Shown piece after piece: positions 52,555 to 64,000 of a stretch of 64,000 nt of DNA. A program made the position numbers and the translations under genes. The notes under the pieces were generated by a model. That model saw only the letters and a program-made list of their open reading frames with translations, did not search any database and was not told where the DNA came from. Position 1 is the stretch's first letter; each line of letters begins with the position of its first letter. Source of the stretch: Lingula anatina (Eukaryota; Animalia; Brachiopoda); the NCBI GenBank assembly GCA_051362555.1, contig CM120640.1, forward strand, positions 27,428,503-27,492,502, given 5' to 3'.

Positions 52555-55500
52555 TTAAGCCATGGGCAACTCATGGGCAGCAGCATATCTTCCAGTCACA
52601 AAATGAAATATTTGTCTCTCAATATCTGTCAGCAAACTGCTAGCACCAATGCGGAAAAGATGTGGCTGCAACCACTCATCTCCCAGTTCCTCCTTCATTA
52701 ATGCAAGCCATAAGCATGCATCTTTAGCAGAGCGAATCCCTCCAGCTGGTTTGAACCCTACCTGCAGAAAAGTGAGAATAATCCATTATAACTACAGTAG
52801 GCACTGTCAAATAATAGTATCTTGCCACAAATTTGCACATTGGATTTTCTAATTTTATGAAAAAATAAAAATAAAAACTTTGTCAGCATAAGACACTTTG
52901 GAAATTCTGACTCCATTCTATATAAATCAATTCCTTTCCACCTTTCAAGACACATATTTGAAAATCACATTTTTAAAATACATAGAAGCCCAGTAATGGT
53001 GGTATGCCTCATACCTTATACCCAGTCTTGTGATAATATACTCTGATTGCTCTCACCATCACCAGTGCCACAGGAATAGTAGCATTCACACCTTCTTTGC
53101 CAGTTGAGGTTTTTATGAAATCAGCACCTTAATTTAAAAATAAGAAATATGTGCATGTTTTCATCCATCTAATACATGATCTACTTATAGATCTGACTCT
53201 TGATCTAATGGACAAATTGTATCTTTCTTCGGGTGAATATTTTCAAAAACATGCATCTTTACTTCAAATCACACAAATTTACTCTTTCTCTAGAATTTTA
53301 TGTTTCATATAAACACTTTATGTACAGTGGCAGGATAAGATACAAATGATATATATAAAGATAATAATATACAGACCAGCCATCATGCAGACCAGACTAG
53401 CTTTGTACACATTGGTCATTGAGCCCAGCTCTCCTGTGGCCAGAATGGTCTTCATGTGTGCTTCACCACACGCCTCCCTCATCAAACGCACTTCATCATA
53501 GACACCTGCAATGACGATTTTGAAAACTTGTAAGATTTGTTATCTTAGCTGTATCACAGGCATTAGACTGGCAGCAAAAAATATAAGTCAAAATAATAGA
53601 GTCAAAAGCTATACAATTTAAAAGTCAACTGCTAGCAATTTGAAACTTTTTTTTACTGACATCAGCCATTAATACAATTTTTATATATTAACTGTAATTA
53701 TTTATATCAAATTAGTGTCTCATACCAGCTCAAAACATCCTTAGCTCCTGCAAAGATTTACCTTTCCAATTCCCTGAAAGTGCATATGCTCTGTTAATAA
53801 CAATGTCAATCTCTGATGCCCCGTCATCTACGGCAAGTCTGATCTCCTCCAGCCTTGTTTTTAATGGAACTTGGCCAGTGGGGAAGCCTGTAGCCACTAG
53901 AATGAGAGAAAATGTTAAAGATTTATTATCTACAAATATAATATAATATACAATGTATAGGTCTATGGCATTAGGTCTATGGCATTCTGACAACATAAAT
54001 AAATCTATGTAACAGTCAAAACATTCCCATATTTCATGATCTGATTCAATCCAATGCTATCACGATGATCTTTTTTTTTTTCAAAACCAAGAACTTTTAA
54101 ACATTTAATCTCTTAAGGATGTAGATAACAGTAAATTGTCAAAATTTGGGTGTTTTTCTGAATTTGTCAGTATTAGATAGATGAAATATCAACTACATAT
54201 CAGCCTATCTTAAAATAATGGAAGTTTACAAATAAACCCATAATTTTAGCCTAATTGCTGATTTACCCCTGTGGTAGCGTGTCTGAGTTTTAAAGTAGGT
54301 CACACTTGTCCATATATGTGTTTGATTGGCAGCTCCACTGTGCAGCTGTATATTTCCCGTACTAGATTGCTGCTAAGCCTATCACATTCTGTGAGTAACG
54401 TTGCGCTTTCACTTGCCAAACAATACTTTTCATTTTGAATTTATCAGTGAACTTAATTCTGACGATCTATTAAAGCTTTAAAAAGCAGACATATAGATGA
54501 GACGTATATGGGCAAAGGCACTCCCCCTAGGTGTCACGTGGTGAAGAATGCTGACGTCACGACTAACATGGTGGCTGCTGTCAATGCATGGAGGGGGCCT
54601 CCGGTTGAAAATGTTCAATATTAATGTTGAAAATGGATGAAAGACATAGTGACAGTTACATAGGCAGTGAGTAGAGGGCTGAACCAGTATAAATAACTAA
54701 ATTTCTCAGCTTGCCAATGCAGCTCACTGATTATATAACGTTGGAATCTCCGGGGAGCACTAAAAGGCTGATTTCTCTGCTTCAGTTTATGGCTTCAAGA
54801 GAACGATATAGACCAGTGTCAAAATTAATTAGAACTTTCAACTGATGAAAGCTGGTATTCATTCGTTAGATCTAAGGTTTGTCTGAAAGTATGTGTCTGG
54901 GATTTCATAACATCAGCTCCGTTTTCAACTTAGGCATGCTTTACACCCCATTCTCATAGATTAGATCGACCTACATTGGATCGACCTAACTCCCTGGGGG
55001 TTCACGCTAAATAGCTGTCAGCCGGGCGGACACGAAAGTTAATTACCCCTTAAAGCTTGTAGTAGGCGGGGACGGACACTTAAGGGGGATTATCTGACAG
55101 TAATCTAGTGAGACTCCCCGCGGTGATAGATCGATCTAAAAGTTGTGAGAACAGAGCCTTAGTTAGGCTAGGGGGTCTCGTTGAACTGGAAACCAAGTTT
55201 ATTTTGATATCTCTGCTAATTTAACACATATCGCTAATTTGAGGCGCATTCTTGTTGATCCCTATGAGGGCTCATGAGTCAAGCTGTCTACACATGTCCA
55301 TTTGTAGTGGACTTCTAGTTTTTAAGGTGTAAAGATCATGTTGAGCACACCTATTAAGCATTATATCTCATTACGTAACGATTACATAATAAAATAAGGA
55401 TATGAAATGAAGAGCTGTTGAAATAAGCTTTCTATTGATATGTAACATGTTGGTATATCTTGGCCGGTTTAGAAGATAGCTACCCCTGTTATCTACATCC

Positions 55501-56882
55501 TTAAGCCTCACCTGAAGCAATAGGGATGTGAGATCCCCCAACCTTCTTCAGGGCTCTCACACAGTCTGCGACCCTGCTTGCATACACACATACTGCCCCA
55601 GTGGTAATATCTAAAGACATAAACTTGAATTATGACATGTTTCAGTATATTCCATTTTAGCTCCAATCCCACTCATTTTCAGTTGTTATTCTAATGTCAA
55701 CATGAGCAAATTATGACAACCCTCTGCAGTATGGGCAATATATTAAATAATGCAAGCTAATAAAATGAAATGCATAATAATTATTGCTGCTATCATTTGC
55801 CCCCCCCCCCCAAAAAAAAAAAAATCACTATTCTTTTAAAACATTGTCTTTGTTAATCTATGAATATAATGCTCACCTTTATCATGCATTTTAATAGCCT
55901 TCATTAGGTCTTGCCTGATAGGATACTTGGCTTTATAACATAGCCTCTCTACATTGGTGACAGTGTCATCACCTGCCAGGGTGGTCAAATCAATACATGT
56001 CACAGCTTTCAGCAACCAAGCTGCCTAGAGGTGAAAAAAAATCAAGACATTAAATAAATTTTGTTTTATAATGAGCTTGTGATTTTCAAGTACCCACTGA
56101 TTATTTAGTAAATCTATGCAGTTCAGTCTGAATTTTAAATCATCTGGTATGCATATCAATTAGTAAAAGACAGAGAAAAGAGACAGTAAAGGTGCTGCTA
56201 ATAAATAACAAATATGTTGATCTCTGCATAGTTTGGTTATCATCATGTATGGTGCTGGCATAATACCTGCCACTGTTTCTTTACAGTTCGTTTTGCTGCA
56301 AGTGACTCTGCTCTGCGTTTCACAGCTGGCAGGTTGATGGAGACCCCCTCAAGCCAGGTAGCATCTAATATATATAAAAGACAGTATAGATATCATGACC
56401 CAAACAGAAAAAAAAACAAATGTACACTGAAAACAGTGGTGAACTGAGAGGTCTTAACTTGAAACAATGGCCCACACATTGTATCACCATCAATCATTTC
56501 CGAAGACCGACCTGACATGCCAATTCCTGAATATTTTATTAGAGATGCAAACGCACAAAAAATGCAATATGTCATCTGGACCCTGTGATTAATTTCGGTC
56601 ACAAAGATCAGTCCGAGCCTGCATATGCACTGCATAACTACAGGCAAAGTTTAATGCTTTATCATTTGAAAGTGAAGTTTAGAGTTGTCCAGACGAAATA
56701 TAATGTATCATTTAATTTTATATTTCATTATCTCGATAGTTTTTAAATAACAATTCTTGTTAATTGGCTTGGTAAATAGTAACATGTGTAAGATTGTCAG
56801 GAAGACAATTCGTCAAAATGCACAAGATTAAGTGTGCAAAAACAAACTCACCAAACTCTTGACCTGGATTCCGTGCAGCCAT
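52555..56882 (-). CDS. DERA: Deoxyribose-phosphate aldolase, complete, 8 coding exons, 319 aa
   Basis: Exons (-): 56882-56852, 56364-56267, 56024-55877, 55610-55512, 53896-53762, 53505-53377, 53127-53015, 52761-52555 (960 nt). Motifs: MAARNPG, CIDLTTLAGDDT, GAVCVY, VATGFPTGQ, GASEIDIVINR, HMKTILATGEL, GADFIKTSTGK (Schiff-base Lys), VGFKPAGGI, FRIGASSLL and HELPMA*. Confidence 0.97.
54117..55500. mobile_element. Non-autonomous Kolobok-like DNA transposon in DERA intron 4
   Basis: Perfect 15-bp TIRs GGATGTAGATAACAG (54117-54131) / CTGTTATCTACATCC (55486-55500) with TTAA TSD (54113-54116, 55501-55504). RR...YY termini with TTAA fit Kolobok. No transposase ORF. Confidence 0.85.
54944..55158. mobile_element. 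PIF/Harbinger-like MITE family B, copy 3, nested in the Kolobok-like element
   Basis: TTA TSD (54941-54943, 55159-55161). Homologous to 1896-2121 and 20505-20730. Confidence 0.88.
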
Positions 56883-58034
56883 CGTTTCAGTTGTGTAATC
56901 GGTGACCATTTGCCTTTAATTTAGAGTCCAAGATGAGCTAAAACCAATACCTATGGGATTTCTTGAGAGATTTCTTGTAATGTACTATTGTCATTACATA
57001 TTATCACCATTAACATGTTTTTCATATTTTTTACCTTCAAAGTAATTTTTAATATCTCCAACCCCATTTGGCACTTTTCCCACCAAAAAGAAGAGTCGTC
57101 ATCCATTCAATAAATAAGTTCCTGTATACAGTCAAATTTTGAGGCAGTGGGGATCGAGTTCCATCTAGCCGATGCCATTATGTTTTATAGCCATATGGGT
57201 AAAGCAGAACATAGATTTTAAACAACTATGCACCTCTCTGGATATGATTGTACAAGAATGGTCTCATGTGATCTTTGAGTCAGATTTGAGGAGTTCAGGT
57301 TTAGTTAAAAAGCTCGTTTGCAACATGGTTGAGGAAGTGCGTGCTACAGACCACAAGTTTTGAGAGCAAAAATGGCACCGCAAGTACACATTTTGTGAAT
57401 TAAAAAAAGACCAAGGGATTTCCTCTGATCAAGTCAACATCAAGCTGAAAAAAAAAATGTCAAGCACAAGTATCTATCCGTAAGTCAGACCTGTACAGCT
57501 GTAATCCTGGCATCAACACCAATCCAATTTGTTAATTGTTGTATATCATTCTCATTTTTGCTTTCATATGATAAGTTCTGTATGATATGAAAAAACATTT
57601 GAGTAAAACTTTTTTATTTTCTGTTTGTGATTGCAAGTCTGCCTATATGTAAGGAGAGGGGAAAACAAACAAATTCTGAGATCAGTAATGATTTTATTTA
57701 TGATAAAACTTTTTAAAATTCAATTACATAATAATTATTGTTAATATTTGTAAACTTTAATCCATAAGATATCAGTTGATATACTTCCAACATTTTAAGT
57801 TTTATAACAAGAAAACCATAAATATTGCATAAGTTCTAAAGGGAATTTTACACATTCCCAGTGATGATTTTTTTTTTTTTTTTTTTTGTTTCAAATGTCT
57901 CACAAACAGCTTCACAGGGTCAAACAATTCTGCATGTTCCCCATATATCCCTCAGATGTATTCTTTTAATACGTTGGACAGTAAATATTGATCATCTGTG
58001 TCAACTTTGTCGTTAATTGAATGCCTTATCAGTG

Positions 58035-61000
58035 TTAAAACAGGTTTCTGCAAAGTGGACATGTTGAGTTGTTGCTTGTGCTAAACCATTTATACTGAAA
58101 AAAAACAGGAATTGCAGCATTAATATCTCAAAAAAAAAAATAAATAAATAATCTCCAAAGGAACAGAATTGCAATTTTAATACCTCTAAAAATAAGAATC
58201 AATGTTTTAAATTGAAAAATATTCATATTCCATCACAAGCTAACTAATCAGAAATGCTTCAATATACTTTCAAGATGAATGGTCACATGGGTTGCTTAAG
58301 ATATAATAAAAAAAATAAGGAATAAACATCAATTTCTTCTGTGACTTTAATATAATGCAATAATATACTCACTAGACAAGCATTATGAAACTTCTTTTTG
58401 CATGTTTTACACTGCAGCTTTGGTAGCTGGCAATTTGAACCATGGATGACTGAGAAACAAATCATACACTCTTCTACTCCTTCAAACCTCTTGTCCACAT
58501 TCCTCTTCCATAGTGATAAGCCATCTATGATGGAACCATTCTGTAAATGTGGAAAAAGTTACAGAAAAAAAATCCACACAGCTGAAAAAAATTTGCTCCA
58601 CTAAAATTATCAAAATTCTTATATGTAATTTAAACTATTAACTAAAGAGATGCATGAAAATACAATTACAGTAAACATATCCATTAAAATACTGGAAAAA
58701 TTTGGTTATCTAGCTCATAATCTCAGAATAATTCTGTGATTTTGTATTTGAAACAGCTCCAAAATTGAGAGAGAAAGTATTTTTGACATAATTAGAAAAC
58801 TTGCTCAGCTCATACCATAAGACTAATTATAATTCTGAATTCATCTAGAATTGAAACAATTCTATATTTATTACATGCTATGTCGTAATTTTCAGATCTC
58901 TAAACAAATTATCTTGAAAGTTTCCTAGAGCCATTCTCCCTTCGAGCCCTTACCTGATATGATAAAAATGTTGTCATTTGAAGAATCCAGTTTCTCCACT
59001 GTAGGTTAGCCACCCCTATTCTCTTCCCCCATTCTACTGAGATCTGCCCAAGGGGGTGGTTGGCTGGAAGCTGGATGATGAGTTCCATTGAAAAGTCCTC
59101 CACAGTGTAAGTTGCTATAACTTCTCTGGTTGTTGACCTTGCCTTTACCTGGAAGAAACATAGAGGCTTGAATTTCTGCATTAAAAAGATTTCTACGACA
59201 ATCGTTCAAAAGTAAAAATTTCAAGCAAAATATCTTACCACCATGTTGTCAAACTCTACTCTTCTTTCCTGCACATCTTTGATCTCTTGGGCACACAACA
59301 GTGGGCTTACATATTTTGACGTAAACCTGTAAACACAATTTTTTGGTTTGTAAAATCTACCATACAAAAAACCAGAATGTTCAATGCCAGGCATTTCCAG
59401 TTTCCAAAATGCAAGAGGAATTGTTAATTCATAATCACAAGTTTATATAGACATAATAGCCATTACTTCTAACAATCAGACAATTTGAGCTTTGCTTATT
59501 GACAACTAATTAAAAAATTGCGACACCCCACCATCATGGCTTCTCCTCTATGTGATACTCACTTCTCGACTTCCATGGTGATTCTTTTATCCTGGTCTGT
59601 CCACCACTGCCGAATCAGTGCAGGGATGTCCTGGAGAGCTGCATAATACACAGAACATGCCAAGTGTTGCAGTTCTACAGTGCTGAAATCTCCTAAAACA
59701 ATAAACAAATATAGTTATTTCTTAGTCTTGGGGTGCATGAGGGGGAGGGGAGGTATTTATGAATTTTCACAGCGCTACATATTTAAGGGTGGTGAGATGG
59801 CCACATAGTAGCTGGCAAGACTTGTAGCATGTTTAACAAACCTTTGATATTCAAATCTGGTTCTTCTGCAAACAGATTCATGGACCCTGATAGTTTGTTT
59901 GCCGGGGATTGTGCCAACTGGAGGTCAGTAGATTGAACCGTTGGGTTTTCTGGCATAAGTCTGAAGAGATTAACCATCAAATTGTGTACTGCATTGGTCT
60001 GCTTTAGGTATGTAGCATACTCTGCCCGAAGCTGAAAAAAGAATAAAAATAAGTGGCAAATGTGTCTATAATAGAAATTTTTTGATATTTTACAACGGTA
60101 ACCCAACATATTAACTTCAATTCTGCTGATTATCACAGACCTACACCTGTCACATTGTATAAACACTATTGTAATGTAGCCTTACCTCAGATGTTGCACC
60201 CTTGAAGAATTCCAATATCAATTTCCATGACAACAGGTATCCCATGGCAACTGTGAATTCCTCTATGTGAGGTTCTATGAGCATACGTTCCCCAACCTTG
60301 AGGTCACCCAGGATGTGATCAATCACATTTGTGGTGGTGTTCAAGATAGAGAGGAGAGGTTCAGGAGGAGCTCTGAAATAAATATAAAAAACTTTAACTC
60401 CTTCATTTGGTACACCCTGTGCTAATAACATTCTTTAGCTTACAAATTATATATTAGCCTTAATAAACAAGTTATGATTTGGAGATAATTTTCAATTTCA
60501 GGATTCCTCAACACCAATAGTACAAATAAAGAACAAACCTTGAATTTTCCTCATTTGAATCATCTGTACTCTTTCCTTCATTAAAAAATGTAAGCTCTGG
60601 CATAGTGCTGAAATTTAAAAAATCAAACATTTTATTTCTATATTACATATTTCGGGAAAAAGACATGCCACCTAGGCCAGTAGTATTATGTATCACATAG
60701 TTTTTGTCTATAAACTGCAACAAATGTACAAAATAAATTAATTATCATGAACAATAAATTTATATAAATATACCACCCTATATTTGCACTACTGCCTACA
60801 GTTACCTAAATAATAACTTATAAACTGTTAGCAGCACGGCTCGGTGATGTGACAACAGATGAGGACAAAGATGGTTCAGCAATGTCTGAATCTCATCTGG
60901 TAGGTTACTGTTGTCGTCTGCTTTCAGTTTAGCAGGGAGTTGGTGGGACTTGAGATGTTCTACTGGACACAAAGCCATTGCAGCACCCAGGCAACGCAGC

Positions 61001-63919
61001 TGGTAGTCCAATGCCAGCGGCTGCTTTAAGACATTTAGGTTATCTGTAAAACAGAACATGGTGAAATGAAAATATGTGTTAGGAATACTTAAAATTATAA
61101 AACTTACATTATGTTATTATTTAGCCTATCCTGGCATAAATTATGTTGAACCTTCAACTGGGTATGAGGTTTTTACTTTATTCATAGCTAACTTTTCGAT
61201 TTTGTAGTGAAGAAAAAGAGAAAAATATATACATTTCTAAACTGAATGGCTTGCCAAACTAACTCTTACCTGAATATTTGACAAATATTGGCAACAAGGT
61301 GGTATAATTCCCCTGACTGAAGAATTCTGTCCACTCTGTGACCAGACCATCAGGAAAGCTATCTTTCTGCTGCCGAACCACATTTTTCATACAGGTAGCT
61401 ACCGCTGCCAGCAGGTTGCACGCATCAGCGAACAACACCAAGACTGGGGCATGCGTGTGCAAGGCCAGGCCACACTCCTGACAGCTCTGAAGTGGGAAAA
61501 CATCAGACTTACCATCACACCTCAGAGGAATGATTTATTTATCTAATTTGTCAGGCAACAATCCATTGTTCATCACTGAAATTAAATTAATGTAACAATT
61601 TAATTTGAAACTATCATTCATACAATAGAACTTTTAAGTTTCTTTACCTGTATCCAGGCAGCCAGGCTACACTGCACAAAGTCCCAGTGTCCATCTTCTA
61701 ATTTAGTTGGTATATGGTTTACCAGCACTTCCAGAAATCTTATCATCCAAACATTGAAGTTAACTGTGTTCCAACTCAATGTCTTTATGCTGAAACAAAA
61801 CAATATAATAAAATGTTCAAAACATACTGGAGATGATTAATTTGAACTTTTAATTTTAATAATGCAATGATGAAAAGAAAATAAAAGCAAACATTAGACA
61901 AGTCCACTAATATTCTGAATATCTTTATTAAAATCTACATAAAGTGATGGGATTTCCTACATCCCAGATCTTTAAATCACATTTCTGAAAATAAAGAAAA
62001 AAATACTACCTATTAGGATTTTTAATTAACATAAGTACTAAAATATCTAACATTTGGATCACTGGCTATAGTTAAATCAATAAAAAAACTTACTTGCTGA
62101 ATGCAAATAAGTCATCATGTTTTTCCCTCATTTCAAGTACAGAGTTGACAATTCCAATGGCTAATTCAGTCAGTTCAAGCCTGTCTTCTGTTCCATCGAA
62201 GGCCATATTAAAAGCTTTGCTAGCAATTGCTAGTGGGGCAAGACAACCTAAACAAAATGAAATCTTAGTTTTGAAAACTATACCCAACTATTAACAAGCT
62301 TGATTTTAACCATTATTGATGTCAATGAATATGATTTTATTTGACAAAAACAAATCTCAGTGAAATAAAACAATAATAAACAATTTTAATCATTAATAAT
62401 TTGAACACTTTTAACCATCTATGTTCATAATCTCCTCTGCTTCACAGCTGATGATCCTAGCTGCCATTATTTCAATCAAGGAAAGTCTGTCTGTAGATTT
62501 AAGATATGGAAGGAGGACCAGCAATGTTTGGACAGTTATTTCATTCAAATCTGCAAATCTGTAAATACAAAACAATCATGATCATGCAATAATCTAAATT
62601 TCCTGCAACATCACATTTAATGATATAATTCACTGAAAATGTTTGTCTTCTTCCATCATTCAAAATAGCAAATTATTTGAGAATACAACATTATAATGAC
62701 ACTAAAGTGAATAAAGTATCAGGTTTATAAACAATATTATTAAAGGACTGAAAAGAACCTGTCAATTCCCCCAAGGAGGCTCATAACTTCAATATCTGCC
62801 AATTCTTCATTCCTCAGTAATACGTCAATGGCCAGGGCACTCATCCCTCCACTGTTCAGTGATCTTGAAATAAAATAGTGACAGACGTTTATGATCTTAC
62901 GCATTGTTAGCTTATACAATAAAAACACACTTAATAAATAAACCCAACATAATTTCTTTATTTGCATAATATAAATTCTCTTGAATATAGCTAGGAATAC
63001 TGATATTATAATACAGTCACATAAAATATGAATGCAATAGCATATCATTTGAAGTGTGTTCAAAATATTATAAAACTATTCATATGCATGTTTTGAGAAT
63101 GCTTTTGTTCATACAATTATGATTACAATACAATCATGACATTTGATTCAGCTATAATCCCTTAATATAACAGATTTTCCTTATCATAGTCGTGAAAAAT
63201 AAGAATTAAACACACAACATCCAGTTTTCAACATTTTCTCTCAATCATCAACCCTAAACCAAACAGTTGGAAGGAAGTCATTTACCTTTCTAAACTTGCC
63301 CTGATGATAGTGGTCTTTGTGAGCTGTGACAGTGACTTGTTTATACAGCTGAAGTTTTCATCAGCAATTATCAAGGACTTGTTCAATTCAGAGTGAAAGA
63401 GAGCCTGAAAGAAAGCCAAATAATTATTTGAGAGAAATATATAAACCAAAATTAAAATCAACACATTAACTAAGGAAATAATAGCATTAAAAGTAAATAT
63501 AGGAATTTTTCTCTAAGGCTGTTACGTCCATACAACCAAAGAACTGTTGTAATTTAATAAACATACATGAAAAGAACACATACATGCATGCATGCATGCA
63601 TGCACATGCGCACACACACGATGTACAAAGTAAGTTTTTTCTGCATATCATAGTACCAAATGCACACATATACCTCTCTGTGACATCCCAAACATGCCTC
63701 GCAGTAAGCTACACAATAAGCCAGTTTCACAGTCACAGCACTTAGTCTGGCTGTCATAGCACTGTCTGCATGGGCATCCAATGCACCAACATCAGTAAGC
63801 AGCTTAGATGTGAAGTAGACTGATGGCACACATGGTGGCACGGTTTCTTCATTGACAGGAGAGTCTGTTGGGAAGCTGCTGAACAAAAGGTGTCCACTAA
63901 CCAGGGGCCAGGTTTTCCA
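58035..63919 (-). CDS. LTN1: E3 ubiquitin-protein ligase listerin, last 16 coding exons (5' part outside the window)
   Basis: Exons (-): 63919-63674, 63404-63286, 62863-62759, 62558-62416, 62247-62094, 61789-61648, 61486-61270, 61043-60806, 60607-60539, 60372-60186, 60031-59842, 59692-59563, 59326-59239, 59148-58954, 58540-58373, 58094-58035, with consistent phases. Motifs: [23 protein letters not shown]-like [14 protein letters not shown]...[33 protein letters not shown]...[32 protein letters not shown] (RING). Confidence 0.96.
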
Positions 63920-64000
63920 CTGAAAAATATATAGTAAAAAGTAGCATGGTGGCACTGGAACAAACACAAACACAAAAAAATCCAATAATTCAAACACCAT

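Overview
AT-rich, intron-rich animal genomic DNA from an invertebrate bilaterian. The repeat landscape looks mollusc/lophotrochozoan-like, but the taxon cannot be fixed from this window. Five protein-coding genes were reconstructed by hand with GT-AG sites and consistent reading phases. On the + strand are the last three exons of BCKDHB. On the - strand are a single-coding-exon TENT5/FAM46 non-canonical poly(A) polymerase, a complete 20-exon ORC3, a complete 8-exon DERA and the last 16 exons of LTN1/Listerin. Introns and intergenic DNA carry many non-autonomous DNA transposons (PIF/Harbinger-like, Kolobok-like, Sola-like and hAT-like) plus tandem repeats. The most notable observations are a U12-type last intron in ORC3, a tail-to-tail BCKDHB-TENT5 pair next to ORC3 that recalls human 6q14-15, and a ~7 kb CpG-retaining domain upstream of TENT5 with kB, UPRE and CRE motifs. 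Several Harbinger-like MITE families also share a 'TWA-N7-TTCHCA' end architecture with a variable outer 7 nt. I found no convincing wholly new protein-coding system. Most short ORFs in the supplied track are spurious or are exon fragments.
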